A stretch of DNA of 64,000 nucleotides from Candidatus Acidiferrum sp. GTDB lineage: Bacteria; Acidobacteriota; Terriglobia; Acidiferrales; UBA7541. Positions 10,597 to 19,461 of this stretch are shown piece by piece. Positions within the stretch are counted from its first letter, which is position 1. Each line of letters starts with the position of its first letter. The notes below the pieces were generated by a model. The model was given only the letters and a program-made list of their open reading frames with translations. It searched no databases and was not told the origin of the DNA. Position numbers and translations under genes: made by a program. Location of the stretch: contig DASSGJ010000055.1 in assembly GCA_035693545.1 (NCBI GenBank), positions 45,160-109,159 of the forward strand, in the 5' to 3' direction.

Positions 10597-10833
10597 TTGC
10601 AGGCCAGAGTAGAAGCATTCAACGCGTTCAATCATCCCAGCTTTGCCTCTCCGAACAACCTGCTGGGAATTGTGGTGGGTGGAACCATCGTGCCTCTCAG
10701 CTCCGGATTCGGGGAGTCGCAGGCCATGTTTGGGTCAGGAACGGCCTCGGGCGGCCTTGCCTCCGGATTCAATCCTCTTTACCAGGTCGGCGGCCCGCGC
10801 TCGCTGCAACTCGCGCTCAAGCTGGAGTTCTAA
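10597..10833 (+). pseudogene. Orphan 3' fragment of another TonB-dependent receptor
   Basis: LQARVEAFNAFNHPSFA...FNPLYQVGGPRSLQLALKLEF*, a diverged paralog of the C-termini at 10486 and 28251. Confidence 0.85.
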
Positions 10834-10835
10834 GA

Positions 10836-13190
10836 ATGAATGGTCTCGTTGCGGTGAGCCTTGCCATAATCATGCTCGCGGGTAATGTTTCGGCCGGTGT
10901 TGTCCCTGCGGACGACGGATCGCGGCCGAGCGTCGAAGATTTCCTGCGCCTAAAGAGCTTTCCACTGCTGAGCCCCATCAGTCTGTCGCCAGACGGCAAA
11001 GAGGTGGCATATACGGTTCAGGATGGCGCGCGCATAGGCGAGAGCACAGACCCGGAGTCTATCGACGAGCGGCCGGAGAGCGGCCGCTTCACACGCGGCT
11101 GTGAGGTAAGGGTTGCGGAAATTGCCACTGGCCATGAGATGACTGTCAGCGTCGCAGGCGGCAGCAGTTGGGCACCCTCGTGGTCGCCAGATGGCAGAAT
11201 GATCGCTTTCTTTTCTGACGTGGGGGGCAAGGCCAGGTTGTGGGTGTGGAATTTCTCTTCGGGAAAAGCGAAACCCATCGGCAATACTCGCCCTCAGGTT
11301 GTGGATGAAAGTGATGTGCCACGCTGGACAGCCGACAGTAAGCACGTGTTATTTCGCATTCCTTCAGCGCAGTCTGCCGCCATTGCCGGGAATTCGAAGA
11401 CGGAGGCGTCCAGTAAGCAATCTTCCGTGTTTCTGCTCGACTCCCCTCAGGATCCCAGTCAGCTGATCTCGTCGCCGGAGTCCAGGAGCACTTCTGGACT
11501 CGGTGTCGCAAATACCTTTGCCGGCGATCTCGCCGAAATGAACATCGACACCGGCGAATTGACCACACTCACACATGGGCGCCTCATCTACAGTTATTTC
11601 CCATCGCCTGTACGCGAGCGTGTCGCATTCACAGTGGTTGTCGGTTATGAGGCGGGTGACACCGACTGGACCCTGTTTGACATTGTCGTCAGAGACCTCG
11701 ATTCCGGCCACGAGGTTACGACGCACCGCGTCATGCTGGACAATTCAGGATCGGCCATTAGCTGGTCTCCCGATGGAAGCGAACTGGCATATGGCACTCA
11801 GGTGCATGACAACGGGACCCGCTACTGGCTGTGGCGTGCCGATGAGAGGCCGGCAGAAAGTATCGGTGATGCCACGACTGTTACTTATCCGCATTATCCA
11901 TTGTGGAACCGGAAGGGTGACAGACTTTACGTGGCTTCCTCCGATACCGTTTACGTTTTCGGACTTCACGGTGAATCGCCTCGGGTAATCCATGCCGCAA
12001 AGGACTCCGCGGTTTCGATCCTTTTTGGTTCTCAGCGTGATCGGACGTTGTGGACTGATACGCAGGAAGGAGATTCCATCTATCTCGCGGAACGCAGGAT
12101 CGACAGCCTGCAAACGGAGATTCACCGCGTCCTGGTTGCAAATGGCTCCGACGAACGGATCATGAGTCTCAACGCTGCCATGGCCCTTCTTCCGATGCTG
12201 GTTACGGAGACTTCTCGTGACGGCGGCGCGCTCGTATTTCCGATGGAATCGCCAAATGCTCCGCAGGACCTCTGGGTAGCGAACTCGGGGTTTCGCGCGT
12301 TGAAGCAGCTGACCCATATCAATCCTCAGCTCGAGCGATACAGGTTTCCCGAACGGCGTCCTATTGTCTGGACTGATTTTGACGGGCATGAACTCAGGGG
12401 AACGCTCCTGTTTCCGTGGGGATATCAGGAAGGAAGACGCTATCCCCTCATTGTCGACCTTTACGGCGGAGAGAAGCAATCCCGCTGGGCCAACCAGTTC
12501 AGCGCAACCTTTTCGGGAAGCGTAGAGAACATGCAGATTTTTACGGCGCACGGCTACGCTGCTTTTGTTCCCGATACACGGATGGGGACGGAAACGCCCG
12601 TATTCGACCTGTTCAAGAGCCTTACGCCCGGCATTGAGAAAATCGTGAGCATGGGAATCGTCGATGGGAACGCCATAGGCATCATCGGACACTCCTACGG
12701 TGGTTATAACGTATACAGCCTGCTGTCCCAGACCACGCGGTTCCGCGCCGGAGTTGCGCTTTCCGGAAGCGGCAATCTGTTGAGCCATTATGGCGAGATG
12801 GATCCGAGCGGATTTCCGACGGGAATAGCCTGGGCGGAGAAATCGCAGGGACGGATGCTGGATACGCCGTGGAAGGCGCGCGACAAATACATTGAGAATT
12901 CGCCCTTCTTCTTTCTGGATCGGATCAGCACACCGGTTCTGATCGCTCACGGAGCCAGCGACTGGCATCCGGCGTACGAGGACCGCGAAATGTTTGTCGG
13001 TCTTCGGCGGCTGGGAAAAGTGGCCGAATATGCCGAATATCCGGGCGGTCATCGTATTGACGGATGGCGATATGCCGATCAGCTTGATCTGGTGAATCGT
13101 GTGCTCGGGTGGTTTGACAAATATCTGCCGTCTTCTCCGCCCGCGACTTCAAATGAGGAGAGCGCGCGCCGCAGCAAAAGCGGAAGGTGA
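10836..13190 (+). CDS. Secreted S9-family (acylaminoacyl-peptidase-like) serine peptidase; module 1
   Basis: Start ATG 10836 (MNGLVAVSLAII signal); WSPDG repeats; GHSYGG, HGASD and YPGGH give a complete triad. Confidence 0.88.
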   Translation: MNGLVAVSLAIIMLAGNVSAGVVPADDGSRPSVEDFLRLKSFPLLSPISLSPDGKEVAYTVQDGARIGESTDPESIDERPESGRFTRGCEVRVAEIATGHEMTVSVAGGSSWAPSWSPDGRMIAFFSDVGGKARLWVWNFSSGKAKPIGNTRPQVVDESDVPRWTADSKHVLFRIPSAQSAAIAGNSKTEASSKQSSVFLLDSPQDPSQLISSPESRSTSGLGVANTFAGDLAEMNIDTGELTTLTHGRLIYSYFPSPVRERVAFTVVVGYEAGDTDWTLFDIVVRDLDSGHEVTTHRVMLDNSGSAISWSPDGSELAYGTQVHDNGTRYWLWRADERPAESIGDATTVTYPHYPLWNRKGDRLYVASSDTVYVFGLHGESPRVIHAAKDSAVSILFGSQRDRTLWTDTQEGDSIYLAERRIDSLQTEIHRVLVANGSDERIMSLNAAMALLPMLVTETSRDGGALVFPMESPNAPQDLWVANSGFRALKQLTHINPQLERYRFPERRPIVWTDFDGHELRGTLLFPWGYQEGRRYPLIVDLYGGEKQSRWANQFSATFSGSVENMQIFTAHGYAAFVPDTRMGTETPVFDLFKSLTPGIEKIVSMGIVDGNAIGIIGHSYGGYNVYSLLSQTTRFRAGVALSGSGNLLSHYGEMDPSGFPTGIAWAEKSQGRMLDTPWKARDKYIENSPFFFLDRISTPVLIAHGASDWHPAYEDREMFVGLRRLGKVAEYAEYPGGHRIDGWRYADQLDLVNRVLGWFDKYLPSSPPATSNEESARRSKSGR

Positions 13191-13319
13191 GCGACCGTTC
13201 CCGGAAATTCGCCGCGGACCCGCAGGACAAGCCGGCAAATGACCTGCGCGGTGTCGAGCCAGAACAGGCGCGCTGCGGCCTCAATCGCCGCCCGAAGGTC
13301 CGCTGCTGGAGAGAAAGTC

Positions 13320-13674
13320 AGCCAGGGCTCAAAGGGCCAATTCGCTCAACATGCGCTGCTATCGGCCGATGTTGCGAGCTATATCAAAAACTCGCCACTC
13401 ATGTATGCCTCAAATATCGACGGTCGAGTTTTATTGATTCAGGGAATGGCCGATAGGTTATGGCTACAGCAAAATGAAATATATGTTGAGGCTCACTCGT
13501 CTTGGCAAGACGGTGCAATATGTGCGATATCCTGGAGCAGGTCACACAGAGCAGTATTGGTCTACATCCCAACAAATCGATTATTTGCAGCGTTTACTTG
13601 CCTGGTTCAACAAATATATTGGAACCCTTACGGACAGCTCGCTTAACTTACACCCTTCAACGCAACTCCTGTAA
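13320..13674 (+). pseudogene. Frameshifted C-terminal remnant of an S9 peptidase
   Basis: YIKNSPLMYASNIDGRVLLIQGMAD in one frame and LTRLGKTVQYVRYPGAGH...LAWFNKYI in another. 5' boundary approximate. Confidence 0.75.
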
Positions 13675-13757
13675 GAGTGGTTAAGGGAGGTCAGCGAATT
13701 TAAAATGTCCTTTGTCCCGCAAAATCGTAAAATCAGAAAAGTCGGAATACAAGACAG

Positions 13758-13805
13758 GTGAAAACAAGCCTCTTTGAAATCTTCAAGATCGGCATTGGGC
13801 CCTGA
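13758..13805 (+). pseudogene. sdaA: 5' stub of L-serine dehydratase
   Basis: GTG-started MKTSLFEIFKIGIGP*, matching the SdaA N-terminal signature S(V/L)F(D/E)xFKIGIGP, then an immediate stop. Confidence 0.55.
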
Positions 13806-14006
13806 ATGTGCGTTTCCATTTTTAGCATATGGATCCGGGCCATCATGTGTACCAAAGTTTTTTCCATTAAATTGCAGTAAAAGCCTCCGAAAAACCTTCT
13901 CCTTCAGGTCAGTCTTGTTGTATTTTCACCTTACCTTGCGAGGTGTTTGAACGCGACTGTTGAGGCCATCCCCTCGAATTTTGCCAGTGGCAATTGCCGA
14001 AGTGAG

Positions 14007-14681
14007 ATGCATTTGAGTATTCCGCCCGATGAACGCACTCTTCTTTTCCCTCTGGTGTGGGAGAAGCCTCGCCTGCATTCGGAGTCTCAGGCTGAACAAA
14101 GCGAGACCGTTTTGGCCTCCGTTTCCGATGAAGAGGTTCTCGCGCAGCTTCAGGCCGGTGACCCGACCGCGCTCGGCCTTTTATTCGAACGCTATGCCCG
14201 CATCGCGTTGGGAATTGCCCTGCGGATCGTTCACGATTCCGGGGAGGCTGAGGACATTGCGCAAGAATCGTTCTTGTACATCTACCGGAAGGCTTCGCTT
14301 TTCGATCCGCGCAAGGGCACGGCACGCTCCTGGATACTTCATATCGTGTATCACCGGGCGTTCAACCGCCGTGCGTATCTCGCGAGACGCGGATTTTACG
14401 GTGGTACAAATGTCAACGCCGCTGAGGATGTGCTACTGGGGACAACCGACCTGGACCGAGAGGTAGGCGCGAAACTAGACCGAGAACATTTCAAGAAAGC
14501 CTTTGCGCAACTCGGAGAGCGGCAGCGACGGACGCTCGAGCTTTTCTATTTTGAAGGACTAGACCTGCGGGAGATCAGCGATGTTCTGGGAGAGCCTCTG
14601 GACAACGTCCGGCACCACTATTACCGGGGACTGCAAAAACTCCGGAAGAACTCGTTCGTGAAGAAGCTCGGAAAGAAGTGA
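14007..14681 (+). CDS. ECF RNA polymerase sigma factor; module 2
   Basis: SDEEVL..ALGLLFERY..EAEDIAQESF..GLDLREIS..DNVRHHYYRGLQKLR. Exact start uncertain. Confidence 0.9.
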   Translation: MHLSIPPDERTLLFPLVWEKPRLHSESQAEQSETVLASVSDEEVLAQLQAGDPTALGLLFERYARIALGIALRIVHDSGEAEDIAQESFLYIYRKASLFDPRKGTARSWILHIVYHRAFNRRAYLARRGFYGGTNVNAAEDVLLGTTDLDREVGAKLDREHFKKAFAQLGERQRRTLELFYFEGLDLREISDVLGEPLDNVRHHYYRGLQKLRKNSFVKKLGKK

Positions 14682-14687
14682 ACAGCG

Positions 14688-15989
14688 ATGAGTGATCTCG
14701 ACAAGACCGGCCGTGCAAGCGAGTACGAAGAACGCTTCAGCGATTTGTGCGCTCTCGCGCATTCGGGAAGCCTGTCCCACGAGGAAATGACGCAGCTCGA
14801 AGAGCATCTGAAGACTTGCTCGGACTGTCGCGAGGCGGATCAGGACTACTCGATTCTTACCAATGAGGGCATGCTGTCGCTGGCCGCGGAGTGCACGACC
14901 CGCCAAACAGACATGGATCGTGTGAGCGACGAACTGGTCACGGCGACCGAGCGCCGAGTGTTTGATCGGTTGCCGGCCCTGAACCCCGCGACCAAGGCGG
15001 TTCGCATGCGCCAACACGTTCCCGAAATGGGTCCGCGTGTTTCTCCGCCCGTGTCCCGGAGAATTCTCGCGCTTGCCGCGGCTGTCGTGTTGGTTGCGGG
15101 GCTGAGTGGAATCTCCTATCGTCTGGGGCAAAGCGGAGATCGAGTTCAGGAGCTTCCACCTCGCATTGCCGATCCACGCGTCGCCAGTCTCAGTTCTGAA
15201 AAGATGATCGCGGAGAACCTCGCGACCAGTCAGGAGAGGGAACTCGATCGACTGCATAAGGGCGCGGAAGAGCAGGCGAAGCAATTGGCCAAGTTGCGAG
15301 GGCAACTAACCTCGACGGAGAGCGATCTCCACCGCGCGGTCGAGGACCAGAGCGCCACTGAGGTGAAGCTTCGCGAGCAGCGCGACGGATTTGCCGAGCA
15401 GATCCGGCAGAAAGAACAGGCCTACGACCAAGCCCAAGCGGAGCTGACGCGTCTGCGCAGTGAGCGCGACAAGACATTGCTGCAGCTTGCCTCGCTTAAG
15501 CAGGAAGTGGACAGCCTCTCGGCGGAAAGAACGGAAGAGTCGCACCGCGCCAAAGAGGCGGAGGGATTTTTGTCGGCAGACAGAGATATTCGCGAACTGA
15601 TGGGCGCCCGGCAGCTCTACATTGCCGACGTATTTGACGTCTCGAGCGACAGCCGCACGCGCAAGCCTTACGGGCGCGTTTTCTACACGAAAGGCAAATC
15701 GCTCATCTTTTACGCTTTCGATCTGGACCGGCAGGCGGACTTCAAGAACGCCAGCACGTTCCAGGTGTGGGGCAAGAACGAATCGGCGCAAGACCGCCCG
15801 GTGAATCTCGGAGTCCTGTATGTGGACAGCGAAGCGAACCGCCGCTGGGCGCTCCGCTGCGACGATCCCCAGCAACTGGCGGAAATCGATGCCCTCTTTG
15901 TCACCGTGGAACCGAATGCGCATGGCCGCAAGCCCACGGGCAAACCATTCCTCTACGCCTCTCTGCGCAAAGCGCCCAATCACCCATGA
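14688..15989 (+). CDS. Anti-sigma factor (zf-HC2, TM, coiled coil, RskA-like); module 2
   Basis: HLKTCSDC, TM ILALAAAVVLVAGL, coiled coil, GRVFYTKGKSLIFYAFDL, PNHP end. Confidence 0.82.
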   Translation: MSDLDKTGRASEYEERFSDLCALAHSGSLSHEEMTQLEEHLKTCSDCREADQDYSILTNEGMLSLAAECTTRQTDMDRVSDELVTATERRVFDRLPALNPATKAVRMRQHVPEMGPRVSPPVSRRILALAAAVVLVAGLSGISYRLGQSGDRVQELPPRIADPRVASLSSEKMIAENLATSQERELDRLHKGAEEQAKQLAKLRGQLTSTESDLHRAVEDQSATEVKLREQRDGFAEQIRQKEQAYDQAQAELTRLRSERDKTLLQLASLKQEVDSLSAERTEESHRAKEAEGFLSADRDIRELMGARQLYIADVFDVSSDSRTRKPYGRVFYTKGKSLIFYAFDLDRQADFKNASTFQVWGKNESAQDRPVNLGVLYVDSEANRRWALRCDDPQQLAEIDALFVTVEPNAHGRKPTGKPFLYASLRKAPNHP

Positions 15990-16251
15990 TTTGACCCGAG
16001 CGAAGCTTGGCTCCAAGTCTTTCCTGCAATTTAGCAGCAACTGCTCTCTCTAAAAAAGACGGACCACCGCTCGAATTTGGAATAATCATAAAGAATAACC
16101 GCGCGCGTGCTTACAGAAGACTTCTGGAAATGCGAATTCAGGGTTCATGAAATCTTCATGTCCGGACTTGGTACAGAACACTCCGCCCTCTTGTATTACC
16201 CAAACGAAACAGGAAATCAATTTCGGTTCGCAGTGGCGGAGGGAACTTCCG

Positions 16252-19200
16252 ATGCGAAGGCTTCTTTTTCTCGGTGTGTTGCTAATCGGCGCTTGCGGAC
16301 ATCTTCTCGCGCAATCTACCAACGCATCGTTGACCGGATATATTACCGACCCAGCCAAGGCGATCATCGTTGGTGCGAAGGTCATAGCCATCAACGTGGA
16401 CACCAACATCCGGTACCAGGGAATAACGAACAACGCTGGAGACTATGACGTTACGAATCTTCCGCCTGGCAAATACCGGATCGAAGTTGAGAAGCCGGGT
16501 TTTAAGACTGTCGTGAAGTCAGACGTGATCCTCCATGTGCAGGACACGATCGCCATCAATTTTGAGATGGTCCTCGGTTCGGTATCGGAGATCGTGACCG
16601 TGGAAGGCGGCGCGCCGGTCATCAATACGACGGACGCGTCGGTGAGCACGGTGGTTGATCGAGAGTTCGCTGAGAATCTCCCTCTGAACGGCAGAAGTTT
16701 TCAAACGCTGATTGAGCTGACGCCGGGAGTCGTGCTTACCCCAAGCAACAGCAATGACGGCGGTCAATTCAGTGTGGACGGACAACGCGCCGCGTCTAAC
16801 TACTGGACGGTTGACGGTGTATCCGCAAATATCGGCATAGGATCCACCTACTTCAGCCAGGGGAATGGGGTTTCGGGAGCGTTGCCATCATTCAGCACTC
16901 TCGGTGGCACCAACAGTCTGGTGTCGGTTGATGCTCTTCAGGAATTTCGGATTCAGACATCGACTTACGCGCCGGAATTCGGAAGATCGCCTGGAGCGCA
17001 AATCTCCATCGTTACCCGCTCTGGCACGAACCAATTTCATGGAACCCTGTTCGACTATTTGCGCAATGACGTCCTGGACGCGAATAACTGGTTCGCCGAT
17101 CGCGACCACCTTCGGAAGCCACAGGAGCGCCAGAATGACTTCGGCGGAACCTTCAGTGGCCCGATTCGAAAAGACAATACGTTCTTCTTTTTTTCCTATG
17201 AAGGCCTGCGCCTTCGTCTGCCGCAGGTTACCGAGTCCCCAGTGCCCGATATGCTGGCTCGCCAGAATGCCGTGGCGGCAGTATTGCCGTACTTCAATGC
17301 CTTTCCAAAGCCCACGCCGGGAAGTCCGGACGACACTTCCACGGGCATTGCAGAGTTTCGGGGCTCGTATTCGAATCGGGCGTCACTTGATGCTTACAGT
17401 CTCCGCATTGACCACAAGGTGGGAAGCAAACTCGGCCTGTTCGGGCGCTATAACTATTCTCCTTCCAGCCTGGTTCAGCGCGGGGTGAACGGGGGTGGAT
17501 TGAGTTCAGTCGTTCCTTCCGATATCAACACGCAAACCGCGACAGTCGGCGCCACATGGTCCATATCCCCGACTACCGTCAGCGACATTCGACTGAATTA
17601 CAGCCGCACAAGCGGCGAGAGTTCCGCATACCTGGACAACTTTGGCGGTGCAGTGCCATTAACTTCTCTTCCATTTCCAGCTCCGTTCAGTCAGAAGAAC
17701 GGGTTGCTGGCCTGGCTGGCTGGGTCTCTGCCGGGGTTGCTTGAAGGAACAGAAGGGAGAAACCTGCAGCGGCAGATAAATCTTGTGGGGAACATCTCTC
17801 TTCAGAGAGGATCTCACAACTTCAAGTTCGGAGCCGATTTTCGCCGGTTGACGCCGATCTACGAGGCACCGGCCTATTACCAGCAACCGCTCTTCCTCGA
17901 CGTGCCGTCAGCCGAGGCCAACAACCTTTTTTTGTCCTTCATAGATGCAGACCGTGAGGGCTCATTGCTGCTCCGAAATCTGGGAATGTTCGCGCAGGAC
18001 GACTGGAGGGCAACACCGCGGTTGACGATCACGTATGGGGTGCGATGGGACATCGATTTCTCTCCTTCTTCCAATCCTCCCTTATCGTCGGTTACGGGTT
18101 TCAACCTGGGCGATCCTTCTAGTCTGGCGCTCGCTCCCGCCGGAACAGCGGCATTCCGCACCGCGTACGGAAATTTTGCGCCAAGAGTTGGCGCGGCTTA
18201 TCAGATCCTTGCAGGTCAGCGATGGGCAAGCGTCCTGCGTGGAGGCGTCGGGCTCTTTTACGATTTGGCCACCTCGGAGGTGGGCAATACCTTATTCCTT
18301 GGCTCCTATCCTTTTGGAGCGGTCACGACGATTGTGGGCGGCAGTTTTCCGCTCAATCCTCGCGATGCCGCACCGCCGCCGATCACTGCGGCGAGCTTGA
18401 GCTCTGGCACACTGTACGCATTTGATCCCAATCTCAAGCTGCCCTACACGCTCGAATGGAACCTCGCCATCGAACAGGCCTTAGGCTCGCATCAGGCCCT
18501 CTCCGGTTCCTACGTGGGTTCACGAGGCCGGCGGTTACTGGAGACGGCCTTCGTGAACTCGCCGACGCCCGACCTCGGCTCTGTTCAGGTTGTGGCCAAC
18601 GCGGCCCAATCCGATTATGACGCCCTTCAGGTTCAGTTTCATCGACAGCTCAGCAAGGGACTGCAGGCGCTAGCGTCGTATGTGTGGTCTCATTCCATAG
18701 ATACGGCCTCTGCTGGTTCGCTCTATGGGAATACCGCCAATGCGCTTCTGCCGGACAGTATCAACTCGAATCGCGCTTCCTCCGATTTTGACATTCGCCA
18801 TTCATTTTCCACCGGGGTGACGTACGCGCTGCCTTCCTGGAAAAACGGACCCGGCTCGCTGGCAAGAGTTTTAGCCGGGTGGTCTGTGCAGACAGTTCTC
18901 CAGGCACGATCCGCGGTACCGGTTAATCTCTTCGATGGCCAGTTCTTCTTTCTCAAGGACCACTATGCTGAGGTGAGGCCCGATGTGGTTTCGGGACAGC
19001 CCTTTTATCTTTTCGGGCCGCAGTACCCAGGCGGCAAGGCCTTCAATCCAGCGGCTTTCGCCTCACCACCGACCGATGCCAACGGAAATCCACTGCGACA
19101 GGGAGACTTGAGCCGAAATGCGCTGCGAGCGTTCGGTGCTGCCCAGTGGGACTTCGCGGTACACCGCGATTTCGCAATACGCGACACCGCAAGCTTGGAA

Positions 19201-19407
19201 TTTCGAGCTGAATTGTTCAATGTCCTCAATCATCCGAATTTCGGGCCTCCGGTTGCCGATACCAACAATGTGGCTCAATTCGGCCAGTCAAATCAGATCC
19301 TCGCCGGGTACCTCGGGGGAGGAAACCTTGGAAGTGGTGGATTCAGCGCCCTTTACCAGCTTGGAGGTCCTCGTTCCATCCAGTTTGCGCTGAAGCTTCG
19401 CTACTAG
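16252..19407 (+). CDS. TonB-dependent receptor; module 2
   Basis: MRRLLFLGVLL signal; same plug and barrel motifs; ends FALKLRY. Confidence 0.92.
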   Translation: MRRLLFLGVLLIGACGHLLAQSTNASLTGYITDPAKAIIVGAKVIAINVDTNIRYQGITNNAGDYDVTNLPPGKYRIEVEKPGFKTVVKSDVILHVQDTIAINFEMVLGSVSEIVTVEGGAPVINTTDASVSTVVDREFAENLPLNGRSFQTLIELTPGVVLTPSNSNDGGQFSVDGQRAASNYWTVDGVSANIGIGSTYFSQGNGVSGALPSFSTLGGTNSLVSVDALQEFRIQTSTYAPEFGRSPGAQISIVTRSGTNQFHGTLFDYLRNDVLDANNWFADRDHLRKPQERQNDFGGTFSGPIRKDNTFFFFSYEGLRLRLPQVTESPVPDMLARQNAVAAVLPYFNAFPKPTPGSPDDTSTGIAEFRGSYSNRASLDAYSLRIDHKVGSKLGLFGRYNYSPSSLVQRGVNGGGLSSVVPSDINTQTATVGATWSISPTTVSDIRLNYSRTSGESSAYLDNFGGAVPLTSLPFPAPFSQKNGLLAWLAGSLPGLLEGTEGRNLQRQINLVGNISLQRGSHNFKFGADFRRLTPIYEAPAYYQQPLFLDVPSAEANNLFLSFIDADREGSLLLRNLGMFAQDDWRATPRLTITYGVRWDIDFSPSSNPPLSSVTGFNLGDPSSLALAPAGTAAFRTAYGNFAPRVGAAYQILAGQRWASVLRGGVGLFYDLATSEVGNTLFLGSYPFGAVTTIVGGSFPLNPRDAAPPPITAASLSSGTLYAFDPNLKLPYTLEWNLAIEQALGSHQALSGSYVGSRGRRLLETAFVNSPTPDLGSVQVVANAAQSDYDALQVQFHRQLSKGLQALASYVWSHSIDTASAGSLYGNTANALLPDSINSNRASSDFDIRHSFSTGVTYALPSWKNGPGSLARVLAGWSVQTVLQARSAVPVNLFDGQFFFLKDHYAEVRPDVVSGQPFYLFGPQYPGGKAFNPAAFASPPTDANGNPLRQGDLSRNALRAFGAAQWDFAVHRDFAIRDTASLEFRAELFNVLNHPNFGPPVADTNNVAQFGQSNQILAGYLGGGNLGSGGFSALYQLGGPRSIQFALKLRY

Positions 19408-19461
19408 AGTGGCGTATTCAACCACGAAATTCCCCGTCATTTTGGAGAGAGTAAACGAGAG

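Noticed and set aside
10545-10835. 97-aa N-terminal extension of the peptidase in the ORF track
   Set aside because: It overlaps the TBDR relic in another frame. The signal peptide starts at ATG 10836, matching the paralog at 28255.
11745-13052. Long antisense ORFs (this one, 48766-49941, 55649-56737, 29728-30504 and similar)
   Set aside because: They are shadows of well-supported genes on the opposite strand in GC-rich DNA and show no motifs.
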